Shown in pieces: positions 48,931 through 57,984 of a DNA stretch of 64,000 nt (the first letter of the stretch is position 1; each line of letters opens with the position of its first letter). The position numbers and the translations under genes are program-made. The notes under the pieces are model-generated. The model searched no databases. It worked only from the letters and a program-made list of their open reading frames with translations, and had not been told where the DNA came from. The DNA is taken from positions 11,452 to 75,451 of the forward strand of contig JBLRWI010000004.1 in assembly GCA_047921335.1 (NCBI GenBank), read 5' to 3'. The stretch comes from Opitutales bacterium (GTDB lineage: Bacteria > Verrucomicrobiota > Verrucomicrobiia > Opitutales > Coraliomargaritaceae).

Positions 48931-50781
48931 ATGCCATCCGAAAACCCCATAACCACTGCCCGCCTCACCACAATAATATCCGGCATCCTGTTCTGCCTGC
49001 TGGTGGGTTGCCAGGCGATCATTCCGGATGCGCGCCTTGCGGAACAGAGTCAGGAAACAAGCGGGACCGACTACTATATCCATCCGGCGGATGGCGACGA
49101 TGCCCGGAGCGGGCTGGAAAAAGAAACGGCCTGGCGGACATTCGCCCCGGCCAATGCCACCGTTTTCCGCCCGGGCGACCGTCTCCATATCCTGGCCCCA
49201 GGGCAATTCGAGCGCACGCTGCGCCTCTCCGGTTCCGGCAGCAAGGCTGCCCCGATCGAAGTGCACTTCGCGCCGGGGCGCTATGACTTTTCCCCGGCAC
49301 AAGCCATCCGCCGAAAATACAACATCTCCAACACCAATGCCGATCCGGAGGGGGAAAAAGCCATCGGCATCCTATTGGACGGGGCCAAGCATGTCCGCAT
49401 CCACGGCCATGGCGCCCGCATCGTCTTCCGGGGCAAAGTCATTCAGGTCTGCATCGACCAGAGCGAAGACATCGTGATTTCGGATCTGAAATTCGACTAC
49501 CATCGCCCCACCGTCTCGGAATACCGCGTGACCGAGGTCAACGGCGAAAGCATGAAAATCGAAGTTCACCCGGATTCCAGCTACGAGATCCGCGATGGCC
49601 AACTCATCTGGATCGGCGAGGGCTGGGAGAAAACCGGCAATTTAACCCAAGAGTTCAACCCGGAAACCGACCGGGTCCGGCGCACCCGCAAATCGTTGGA
49701 GGGGCTGCATATCGAAGAAATCAAGCCCTTCCACCTGCGCGCCACCGGCCAGAGCAACTTAAAGCTCGGCCACATCTATCAGGTGCGCGACACCTTCCGC
49801 GACTACGCCGCCGTCTTCACCCGCCGGAGTAAGGATATCGTCTGGCGGAACCTGGATTTTTACTTTCTCCACGGCATGGGTCTGGTCAGCCAGTTCAGTG
49901 AGAATCTGACCTACGAGCGGGTGTCCATCGCCCCCGACCCCGAGAGTGGCCGCACCACCGCCGCCTGGGCCGATGGCATCCACGTCTCAGGCTGCCGCGG
50001 CCAAGTCGTGATTAAAGACTGCAAGTTCTCCGGCCTGCACGACGACCCGATCAACGTGCATGGCACCCATCTGCGCGTGATCGAGCAGCTCTCGGACAAT
50101 CAGATCAAAGTGCGCTTCATGCACAATCAGACCTTCGGCTTTATGGCTTTTAACCCCGGCGACGAGATCACCTTCGTGCGTTGGGATTCGCTGGCAACTT
50201 ATGCCCCAAATACGGTGGTGGCGGCCGAACTCTTGAATCCCAAAGAAATGCGACTCACCTTGGAAGGCCCGGTGCCCGCCAACCTGCAGGAGAAAGACGT
50301 GATCGAGAATGTCACCTGGACCCCGGAAGTCTTGATCAGCGGCTGTGAAGTCCGGCGCACCCCCACACGCGGGTTTTTGCTCACCACCCGACGGAAAGCC
50401 TTCATCGAGCACAACCGGTTTTATGGCACCTGGATGAGTGCCATCCTGCTGGAAAACGATGCCAGCGGCTGGTATGAGTCCGGCGCGATCCGCGATCTGA
50501 CCATACGCAACAACACCTTCATCGACTGCCGCGAGCCGGTCATCCACATCAACCCCCGCAACAGCGTGGCCAATCATGCCGTGCACCAAAATATCCGAAT
50601 CGAGGACAATACTTTCCAGCTACGCGACAAACTGGCGATTCAAGCCCACAGCGCCACAGGACTGACGATTCAGGGCAATACTTTCCACGCCAATCAGGAG
50701 CTGAGCAAGAACGACACGATCAAGACACGCGACTGTGCGGAGGTCACGATCGCGGAGAATGAATATTGGGCGAAAGAGTAG
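48931..50781 (+). CDS. Right-handed parallel beta-helix lipoprotein (probable polysaccharide hydrolase or lyase)
   Basis: Lipobox LLVGC. N-terminal YYIHPADGDDARSG ... AWRTFAPA as in pectate-lyase-fold proteins. Periodic beta-helix turns (IRNNTFIDC, IEDNTFQL, IQGNTFHA). Trimmed to the ATG at 48931. Confidence 0.75.
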   Translation: MPSENPITTARLTTIISGILFCLLVGCQAIIPDARLAEQSQETSGTDYYIHPADGDDARSGLEKETAWRTFAPANATVFRPGDRLHILAPGQFERTLRLSGSGSKAAPIEVHFAPGRYDFSPAQAIRRKYNISNTNADPEGEKAIGILLDGAKHVRIHGHGARIVFRGKVIQVCIDQSEDIVISDLKFDYHRPTVSEYRVTEVNGESMKIEVHPDSSYEIRDGQLIWIGEGWEKTGNLTQEFNPETDRVRRTRKSLEGLHIEEIKPFHLRATGQSNLKLGHIYQVRDTFRDYAAVFTRRSKDIVWRNLDFYFLHGMGLVSQFSENLTYERVSIAPDPESGRTTAAWADGIHVSGCRGQVVIKDCKFSGLHDDPINVHGTHLRVIEQLSDNQIKVRFMHNQTFGFMAFNPGDEITFVRWDSLATYAPNTVVAAELLNPKEMRLTLEGPVPANLQEKDVIENVTWTPEVLISGCEVRRTPTRGFLLTTRRKAFIEHNRFYGTWMSAILLENDASGWYESGAIRDLTIRNNTFIDCREPVIHINPRNSVANHAVHQNIRIEDNTFQLRDKLAIQAHSATGLTIQGNTFHANQELSKNDTIKTRDCAEVTIAENEYWAKE

Positions 50782-50789
50782 GGGCTCTG

Positions 50790-50903
50790 AAAACAGGCGA
50801 GACGCCTGTGCTACGTAGAACAGTGCCTCCGGCCTGTTCCTGCTTCAAAACAGGCGAGACGCCTGTGCTACGTAGAACAGTGCCTCCGGCCTGTTCCTGC
50901 TTC
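50790..50903 (+). repeat. Perfect tandem duplication, 2 x 57 bp, each unit holding two GTAG-hairpin modules
   Basis: AAAACAGGCGAGACGCCTGTGCTACGTAGAACAGTGCCTCCGGCCTGTTCCTGCTTC repeated head to tail. Hairpins are ACAGGCG-aga-CGCCTGT and GAACAG-n10-CTGTTC. Confidence 0.9.
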
Positions 50904-51197
50904 AAGGATGCATCGTCAGTTCAATTGATTTAATTGAAGGCAAAGTAATGAGAAGCCATTCCCGTGGCGTGTCCGCTTGCCGGATGCCTTCGGGCGGGTT
51001 CGATATGTCTTGTGTCGTGCGCTACCCCAACGGCGCCCGGCCCTTCGACGGGCTCAGGGTGGTGAGCCTGTCGAACCACAAGCGGGCACGCCACATGGCA
51101 AGGTGCGGCCTGCCACACAGCTGCGGGTGCCGCAAGTGGACGGTCCTGCGCCCTGGATATCCGCAAGCGGAATCCCTACGATCCAGCCGCCGCCCCC

Positions 51198-52001
51198 TTA
51201 CTCCGGACGCATGGCCAGCTTGACCACTTCCTTGTCGAAGTAGTTCCGGTCCATCCCGGCATTGACTACGATGCCCTGGCCGTTGATCCCGCTGGAGGCC
51301 GGACTGAGCAGAAAGACCGCCGTGTTGGCGACTTCCTGGGTGGTCAGGTTCTGCTTCCGGAAGGTCAATTTTTCCGCGAATAGGTAGCTCTCCAGATAGC
51401 CCGGGATGCCCGCCGAGGCGCTGGTCTTGAGCGGGCCGGCGTTGACCGTGTTGAAGCGCACCCGGGTGTCGGCTCCGAAGGACTTGGCCAGATTATAGGA
51501 GCAGGTCTCCAGCGCCGCCTTGATCGGGGCCATGTAGCCGTAGTTCTCCGCCGTCACGTCCGTCGAGCTGATGCCAATGGAAACCACGGAGGCATCATTC
51601 GTCAAAATGGGCTTAAACGCATTCGCCACCTCGACCAGGGAGAAGGCCGAGATGGAGGTGGCCTGCAGGAAGTCCTTACGCACCGTTTCGTGGAAGGGCT
51701 TGAAGCCCTCGGAGTAGTTGGCGAAAGCGATGGAGTGCACGATGCCGTCGAGCGAGCCGTAGTCGGCTCTTACCTGTTCCGCCAGCGCCGCGATCTGCTC
51801 GGGGAATTCCACATCGCAGAGGTAGGCCTTCCGGTCGCCCAATAACTTTTGCAGGCTCTCCAGTCGCGCCTCGGAGCGCACGCTGTGGATCACTTCCGCC
51901 CCTTCTTCCTCCAGAGCCTTGGTGATGGCCCAGGCCACGCTCTTACGATTAGCCACCCCCATCACGAGGAAGCGTTTATCTGCTAAATTCAAAAAACTCA
52001 T
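51198..52001 (-). CDS. fabI: Enoyl-ACP reductase (NADH), FabI
   Basis: [15 protein letters not shown], and [11 protein letters not shown] (the FabI Yx6K). Trimmed to MSFLNL at 52001. Confidence 0.9.
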   Translation of the reverse strand: MSFLNLADKRFLVMGVANRKSVAWAITKALEEEGAEVIHSVRSEARLESLQKLLGDRKAYLCDVEFPEQIAALAEQVRADYGSLDGIVHSIAFANYSEGFKPFHETVRKDFLQATSISAFSLVEVANAFKPILTNDASVVSIGISSTDVTAENYGYMAPIKAALETCSYNLAKSFGADTRVRFNTVNAGPLKTSASAGIPGYLESYLFAEKLTFRKQNLTTQEVANTAVFLLSPASSGINGQGIVVNAGMDRNYFDKEVVKLAMRPE

Positions 52002-52008
52002 CTTAAGA

Positions 52009-52440
52009 TCACTCCTCAATCATGGCCAGGGCGAACTCGATGGTCAACGCAGGCTTCCCACCCTTCAGCACTTTACCCTTCATGAAGAAGAACTTGCTCA
52101 CCGTCTCCTTCATCGTGACTTCGATCGTGATCTCGTCGCCGGGCTTGACCATCTGCTTGAACTTGGCCTCGCCGATCCGGGAGAGCACGGGGGTGACATC
52201 GTTGAGCGAGCGGCCCTCTTTTTCAATCTGCTTGGCCAGATAGATGGCGCCGGTCTGGAAGCAGGCCTCACAGAGCAGCACCCCTGGCATGATGGGATTG
52301 CCGGGGTAGTGCCCCTCAAACTGGGGCTCGTCCGCCCGGATCGTGCGCTTGCAGGTGGCCCCGTCCGCACGCAGTTCGACGATCTCGTCGATAAACAAAA
52401 ACGGCGGGCGGTGGGGAATGGTTTTTAGAATCTCATCCAT
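52009..52440 (-). CDS. fabZ: 3-hydroxyacyl-ACP dehydratase FabZ
   Basis: [12 protein letters not shown] and [17 protein letters not shown] are hot-dog dehydratase signatures. Confidence 0.9.
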   Translation of the reverse strand: MDEILKTIPHRPPFLFIDEIVELRADGATCKRTIRADEPQFEGHYPGNPIMPGVLLCEACFQTGAIYLAKQIEKEGRSLNDVTPVLSRIGEAKFKQMVKPGDEITIEVTMKETVSKFFFMKGKVLKGGKPALTIEFALAMIEE

Positions 52441-52528
52441 GGTGAGCAGTCAAAGGAAGCAACCGAGAAAATGCACGCCGGAAAAAGGGCATTTTCATTC
52501 CCTGTTCCAGTCGCATGTCACACAAGTC

Positions 52529-52589
52529 GAAAGCGGTTCCCGCTTCCGCTACAACACAATCCCCGTAGCGGAAACGGGGAACCCGTTTC
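52529..52589. repeat. Imperfect inverted pair of GTAG-hairpin units
   Basis: GTAGCGGAAACGGGGAACCCGTTTC on + (52565) faces GTAGCGGAAGCGGGAACCGCTTTC on - (head at 52552). Confidence 0.7.
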
Positions 52590-52597
52590 GAACATTC

Positions 52598-54286
52598 CTA
52601 CAACTTCTGCCCATCTGCCAGAAGCCGGGCTCTCAAGCTTCCATAGTCCACTGCCTGAACAGGTAATTCACCATCGATGGCCAGACTTGCAGCGGTGGCC
52701 GCGCTCTGACCAAGCACCATGCCGACCGGTTCCATCCGGATGGAGCCGAAGGCGATATGGCTGGCCGAGAGGCACCAGGGCACCAGTAGGTTCTCGCACT
52801 CGCCAACCGCCGGGACGATCGATTTGTAAGAAATGGGATAGGCCTTGCCGCCGATGTATTTCTGCACGTCGCCCTCATTTTTGAGATTTCCTTGGTAAGC
52901 CACCCGTTGCACATGATGCGAGTCCATGGTATAGGCCCCCATGCCGACGGAATCCTCCACCTGAGGGTAGTCCGGATTCATGAGAATCTGGTTTTCCGTC
53001 ATGACGAAGTCCGAGACCATGCGCCGCCCCTCCCGCACGTAGAGGTTGTAGGGCCAGTGCCCGTTATCGACAAACTCGTCCTTGGGCAGGCCCCAACCCA
53101 GATAAGGCTGTTTGACCTCATTCGGCACCCGCGGATGATTTTGCAGGGTCCAAATCAGACCCAGTTGCCAGTCGCGTTGCTTGGCCGCGATCTTCTCGCG
53201 GCCCTCGTGCGAGAGCGTGGTCCAGTCCCAGTAGTCAGGATGCTCGGGCGGCAGTTTGCTGTAGTTCAGCCCGATGAAGTTCATGGAGATCCCGCCGTTG
53301 TTATTGGAATCAGTCTTCTTGTTCGGCATGGGCGAGAACTTGTAAAACTCCCCACCCCGACCTCGATAACCGGCCTCGATGGCGCGGAAGAGGATTTCGT
53401 AGTCTTTTTCGTCGTAGCCCTCCGGTTGGGTGATGGGCACCAAATTCTCCGGCGCGTTGGTCAGGCAGGTTCGGTAGCAGTAGGCCTGCAGACGGTGATC
53501 GCCCTGGCCGACCTCCGTCTCATCGAAGGGGTTTACCCCGGGAAGCAGCCCACTGCTGGGATCGCCGGCCACCCGGTAGGGATCCACCGGCTTAGTGAGG
53601 TTGTTCCTGTGAATGGGCAGGGTGATGCCGTTGACGGTTTCGTCATACTGTGAGTTGGCCTCCCGACCCACCGTAAAGCGCACGCCCGCCGCCGCCAACA
53701 GGTCGCCCTCGTAAGAGCCGTCGATAAACATTTTACCCTGAATCCGGCGGCCGTCTTCCAGGTGGATCCGGGCGATGCGCGGACCGTCCATAGTGGCACC
53801 GGATTTGAGATCAAGCCGACCATCAACCAGTTGCACCCCGGCCTCGGCCACCAGTTCGTCAAAGATCTTTTCCGCCACCTTGGGCTCGAAAACCGAAGCC
53901 AGCTCCATCTCGTGGTCAAAGGTCAGTGCGCCCTGGCCTTTCTGTGGGAAGTCCTCCCTTCGCTGCTGCACCCAGGCCGCGTCGTCCTGGTAGTGTAAAT
54001 AAACCCGATGGTAAAACTCGCGGGCGATCCCGCCGAGAATCTTGGTGTTGCCGATATCCGTCCAGCCCAAACCACTGCTGGTCATGCCGCCGAGATGCCC
54101 ATACTGGGAAACCAGAATGACCGACTTGCCCATCCGGGCCGCTTGCACGGCGGCGGCCACCCCCACGGCGGCGTCGCCATAAACCACCACCTCGGCCTCC
54201 AGCATCTCGGGGCCTTCGTCCTGCCCGAAACGGCAGCCGAAACAGGTGAAAAAAATCAGGGCGGACAGGGCAAATAGACGAATCAT
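52598..54286 (-). CDS. Secreted FAD-dependent oxidoreductase (FAD_oxidored family)
   Basis: Lipoprotein-like signal (FFTCFGC) and the dinucleotide-binding motif VVVYGDAAVGVAAAVQAARMG. 562 aa. Trimmed to the ATG at 54286. Confidence 0.75.
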   Translation of the reverse strand: MIRLFALSALIFFTCFGCRFGQDEGPEMLEAEVVVYGDAAVGVAAAVQAARMGKSVILVSQYGHLGGMTSSGLGWTDIGNTKILGGIAREFYHRVYLHYQDDAAWVQQRREDFPQKGQGALTFDHEMELASVFEPKVAEKIFDELVAEAGVQLVDGRLDLKSGATMDGPRIARIHLEDGRRIQGKMFIDGSYEGDLLAAAGVRFTVGREANSQYDETVNGITLPIHRNNLTKPVDPYRVAGDPSSGLLPGVNPFDETEVGQGDHRLQAYCYRTCLTNAPENLVPITQPEGYDEKDYEILFRAIEAGYRGRGGEFYKFSPMPNKKTDSNNNGGISMNFIGLNYSKLPPEHPDYWDWTTLSHEGREKIAAKQRDWQLGLIWTLQNHPRVPNEVKQPYLGWGLPKDEFVDNGHWPYNLYVREGRRMVSDFVMTENQILMNPDYPQVEDSVGMGAYTMDSHHVQRVAYQGNLKNEGDVQKYIGGKAYPISYKSIVPAVGECENLLVPWCLSASHIAFGSIRMEPVGMVLGQSAATAASLAIDGELPVQAVDYGSLRARLLADGQKL

Positions 54287-54602
54287 GTTTTTTTTGTTAG
54301 ATCGAGTCCCCAGTCCCTGCAAATACTATTTTGAAGTATTCCTTGAATTGTAAACTACCCGCTTCCGTCTTCATTACATTACGCCGTGACGAGTCGCGGG
54401 AGACACCGAGACCGGCAGTCTGGTTTCCGTAGGAAAGGGCTTTACGCCTCGCCCCGACCGGCCAGTCGGGGTGCGAGCTGGTTGGATCGGGCGCCGCATC
54501 GTGCGGCCCCGCAAGTATCGGTCGAGGGATAAACCTAGAAGGATGAGTTGGAGACCTGAGAAGCGTTTGATGGGTGTTCTGGAAATTTCTTATTTTCTAG
54601 TC

Positions 54603-55548
54603 TCATCGGACTGCCTCGACCCCGCTTTCACCCGCGAGGCCACTCCCCGGCTTCAGCGCTTTCAGGAAAGTCTCGCAAGGCATGCAGTGAATGTCGTCCC
54701 GGACGAAATGTTCCGTTCCGCGATAGAGCAGGGTGCACCGGGCATTGGGGTAGTCTTCGCGAAAGGCTTTCAGCGGGCGCAAATCGGCAGGACGCACTTT
54801 GGCGGCATTTTTAACCTCGAGGGCGTAGATGCCGGACTCGCCGTAAATCACGAAATCGACCTCGACTTTGGAGCGGGTCTGCCAGTAGTGGAGCGAGTGC
54901 TGGCCCTCTGAATAATCGCACCAGACCCGGAGATGCTGGGCGACGAGTCCTTCGAGGGCTGCGCCATCGATCTCCTCCGGTGCGTCCAGCGGGCCCTTGG
55001 GGCGGTTGGCCCGGAAAACACCCGTATCAAAATAATAGAATTTCGGGTGTGCCGCCAGTTCGCGCTGTGCCCGTTTCGTGAAGACTTCGAGCCGATACCC
55101 GAGAAGCAGATCTTCCAGAATTTCGAGGTAGCTTCTGGATTTCGTCCAGGACGATCTGCTTGCGGTCCGGGTTGCCTTTGGTCAGTTCGATTAACTTCTC
55201 CGGGCGTGCCGCCAGTTCCCGGTGCGTGCCCGGATCGAGCAGGTCGATCCGAAGCGCTTCTTCGAACCGATGCTGTGTCCAGGATGTTTTCCCCGTGCCC
55301 CGCGGCCCCATTAAGAAAAAATGATCCTCCGGCGGCTGAAGAAAGCGCGTCAAGTATTCCATTATGGGTCGCAAATTGGCGAAACAGATGCCATTTGTTA
55401 AGCTCAGCATTTCGCATCCTGTCGCTTCTTCAGCCGCCACCTGCGCACGCACCAGGCGGTTCCAATCGATGCGGTGGCTGAAGCACACCGCTACGCTGTC
55501 GAGATCATGGAGACCGGGAGTATTGTTCATTAAAACTTTAATTGACAA
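54603..55548 (-). pseudogene. AAA+ ATPase with DUF4143 C-terminal domain, internal deletion plus frameshift
   Basis: The N-terminal frame carries Walker A GPRGTGKTS and Walker B VLDEIQKLP, then stops. A second frame (hand-translated) continues YLEILEDLLLGYRLEVF...HPKFYYFDTGV...VEVDFVIYGESGIYALEVK, the DUF4143 end. About 150 aa of the middle are missing. Confidence 0.7.
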
Positions 55549-55576
55549 GTGCTAGCAATGCTATCATCTTGTTGGC

Positions 55577-55825
55577 ATGTCGCAATTATTAGTGAGAAAA
55601 ATTGATCGGGGGATCGTTCGTCGATTGAAGGAGCGGGCACAGGCACATGGTGTCTCTGCCGAGGAGGAACATCGGCGGATCCTGCGCGAGGCCCTGGAGC
55701 GTGAAGAGCCACTCAAGCCAACTTTAATGGAGTTTTTGCTCTCACCTGCGGGACAAGTGCTGCCGGATGTGGAGCTGGACCTCAGTCGGAGCAAGGTGAT
55801 TGAAGAACGTGAACTCGGTTTCTGA
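55577..55825 (+). CDS. FitA/Arc-type ribbon-helix-helix antitoxin
   Basis: MSQLLVRKIDRGIVRRLKERAQAHGVSAEEEHRRILREAL is a typical RHH antitoxin N-terminus. 1-nt overlap with the PIN gene. Confidence 0.8.
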   Translation: MSQLLVRKIDRGIVRRLKERAQAHGVSAEEEHRRILREALEREEPLKPTLMEFLLSPAGQVLPDVELDLSRSKVIEERELGF

Positions 55826-56235
55826 TGCCCTATTTATTGGATACGAATGTCATTAGTGAACTCCGGAAGGCTCCCAAATGTGATGTGAAGCTTTTGAAGT
55901 GGGCGCAATCCACTGCGTCCCAGCAACACTATCTGAGCATTTTGACTTTAGGAGAGATTCGCAAGGGCATCGAAATGCTTCGCTTGCACTCGCCGCAACA
56001 ATGTGAGGCTTTTGAGCGTTGGCTGCGTCAATTACAAGAAGAATACCATGCCAATCTCTTGCCGGTATCCGCGTCTGTGATCGACCGCTGGGGCCGCCTT
56101 ATGGCCACCCGAACTTTTCCGGTGATTGACGGACTTTTAGCGGCCACCGCCCTAACTTTCGATCTCACCCTCGCCACCCGTAACGTGGATGATTTTGCGG
56201 GCTCGGGCGTGGGTCTGGTCAATCCATTCGCATAG
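55825..56235 (+). CDS. vapC: Type II toxin VapC/FitB (PIN domain)
   Basis: MPYLLDTNVISELRK, TLGEIRKG and ATRNVDDF are PIN acidic-residue contexts. Confidence 0.85.
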   Translation: MPYLLDTNVISELRKAPKCDVKLLKWAQSTASQQHYLSILTLGEIRKGIEMLRLHSPQQCEAFERWLRQLQEEYHANLLPVSASVIDRWGRLMATRTFPVIDGLLAATALTFDLTLATRNVDDFAGSGVGLVNPFA

Positions 56236-56312
56236 TGTCGAAGACAAACGGAGGCATTACGGGTTACATTCCCCAGCTTGACCTTGGACGCCAAAAGTAT
56301 CAGATTCGGATC

Positions 56313-56546
56313 ATGAAAACTCAATTGGATCGCATTACGCGGGACCCCGCTCAGATGAACGGACAAGCTTGTGTGCGTGGAATGCGCATCACAGTGAAGC
56401 GCGTGCTGGAGGCCATGTCGCAGTATCCCGACCGCGGTGAACTGCTGGCAGAATATCCCGAACTGGAACCCGAGGATTTAGAGCAGGTGCTGGCTTATGC
56501 CGCCGCATCGATGGATGACCGCATGATTGAACTACAGTCGGCGTGA
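56313..56546 (+). CDS. DUF433 domain protein (antitoxin-like partner of DUF5615)
   Basis: ITRDPAQMNGQACVRGMRITVKRVLEAM ... YPELEPEDLEQVLAYA is the DUF433 core. 4-nt overlap with the next ORF. Confidence 0.75.
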   Translation: MKTQLDRITRDPAQMNGQACVRGMRITVKRVLEAMSQYPDRGELLAEYPELEPEDLEQVLAYAAASMDDRMIELQSA

Positions 56547-56680
56547 AAACCTTGCTTCTGGACCAAGGCCTTCCCCGAAGCACGATAAAGTGCCTGCATG
56601 ATGCGGGCTTTGAATCTGTGCATGTCGGTGAATTGGGCATGGCCGCTGCCAGTGATGTCGAGATACTGGACATGAATTCA
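56543..56680 (+). pseudogene. DUF5615 (PIN-like) toxin gene truncated after about 45 codons
   Basis: MKTLLLDQGLPRSTIKCLHDAGFESVHVGELGMAAASDVEILD matches the DUF5615 N-terminus. The frame then runs into repeat-derived sequence (ORF to 56932) that bears no resemblance to the family. Confidence 0.6.
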
Positions 56681-56941
56681 GGGGGTCAAAAAAGGTTCAC
56701 TCGGGCTGTAAAAATGGGGTCGAAATGGATGAATGGTGCGGAGGTTCGGGTAAGCCCCGCAAGTATCGGTCGAGACTTCGACAGTTCGTCAAGCTCACCG
56801 CAGGCAGGCTCAGCCCAGAGGGATAAACCCTCTCCTACGTGGGAAATGGTTCTGCCTTCAGAATTCGCCCACTCCGCGTTCTCGGCGTCTCTGCGGTTCA
56901 AAAAGCTTGACTTGGCTAAATGCATAGAATAACTTGGCTAA

Positions 56942-57205
56942 ATGGAAGTCAAGACAGGTGAGCTTCGCAATCAATTGAGCCGCTACCTCAAGCGGGTGCG
57001 GCAGACGGGGGATATCATTACCGTATTGGACCGTAACCGGCCGGTTGCGGAGATAAGGCCTTACCCCGATCATATGCAGGACGCACGGTCGGATGTTTGG
57101 ATGCGCCGGGCAGAGATGGAAGCTCAGTTGGGCGGTCTGGACGAAGACATTGAACTGGCCGAGCGTCGCACCGATCCGGCCAAACATGTGAATCCCCTGG
57201 ACTGA
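56942..57205 (+). CDS. Phd/YefM-type antitoxin
   Basis: MEVKTGELRNQLSRYLKRVRQTGDIITVLDRNRPVAEIRP is a prevent-host-death fold N-terminus. 1-nt overlap with the PIN gene. Confidence 0.8.
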   Translation: MEVKTGELRNQLSRYLKRVRQTGDIITVLDRNRPVAEIRPYPDHMQDARSDVWMRRAEMEAQLGGLDEDIELAERRTDPAKHVNPLD

Positions 57206-57618
57206 TGGCGCTGCGCTATTTACTGGACACATCGGTTTTTTCGCAACCGATTCGGCCTCAGCCCTTGCCCGCCTGTCAAGTCCGCTGGCAGCGGCACGGC
57301 GACGCGAAGCTCGCCGTGCCGGCAATCACCATCGCGGAAATCGAGTATGGTCTGTTCCTGAAGGATTCGGACAAATTGTGGACGGCTTACCGAATCATTC
57401 TTAAAGATCGCCTGACTCGGTTGGATTTTACCGCACCGGTCGCCTCTGTCTTCGGGGAGATGAAGGCGAGGCAAGCCCGACTGGGCCGACCCGTCGACGA
57501 TTTCGACTTGGCGATCGCCGCCACGGCGGTGGCGCATGACCTGACCGTCGCGACGCTCAACAAGCGGCATTTTAAATTGATCGAAGGCTTGTCATGGGAG
57601 GATTGGTCCAAGCCCTGA
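57205..57618 (+). CDS. vapC: Type II toxin VapC (PIN domain)
   Basis: MALRYLLDTSVFS, ITIAEIEYG, DDFDLAIAATAV and ATLNKRHF. Confidence 0.85.
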   Translation: MALRYLLDTSVFSQPIRPQPLPACQVRWQRHGDAKLAVPAITIAEIEYGLFLKDSDKLWTAYRIILKDRLTRLDFTAPVASVFGEMKARQARLGRPVDDFDLAIAATAVAHDLTVATLNKRHFKLIEGLSWEDWSKP

Positions 57619-57984
57619 GGCGAATCGCTACGGTGCTGGCTTGGCGGATCTATAAGGCAAAACAATTAAAGGCAGAATGATTCTGTCTTAACAACACTCC
57701 TCTTTTCTCCTAACCCCTCTTCTCATTTGTAGAGAAGCAGGATTTGACAGCTCATTCTGCTCCATTCAAATTCATGACTGTGAAACTTGACCGCCCCGCT
57801 TACTCAGCCTGCAAAGTTTGAGAGCCGCCAAGCTCGCAGCCGGACGCCACAGAGATTTAGACGACCTGGAACACTTGAAGTAAGCTTACGGAAAATTCGC
57901 TTGTCTGCCTCGCGCAAAGGGCGCAAAGACGCGAAGCTTTTTATTTTCTTTGCGCCTCTGCGGTTCAAAAAAACGAAGCGAGGG

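Noticed and set aside
50930-51243. Three overlapping 78-91-aa ORFs in the gap before fabI (for example ...PFDGLRVVSLSNH..., ...RQAHHPEPVEG...)
   Set aside because: The peptides look like translated intergenic repeat DNA. The frames overlap on both strands, and the region contains recognisable repeat units (a relative of the 22408 unit and a 15-mer shared with position 140). Treated as non-coding.
54848-55417. 189-aa ORF on the minus strand inside the ATPase remnant
   Set aside because: It is out of frame with both recognisable ATPase pieces, has an Arg/Ser/Gly/Pro-rich composition and shows no motifs.
56543-56932. Intact 129-aa protein as given by the ORF track
   Set aside because: Only the first 45 or so residues resemble DUF5615. 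The remainder is read-through of repeat DNA, so it is called a truncated pseudogene.
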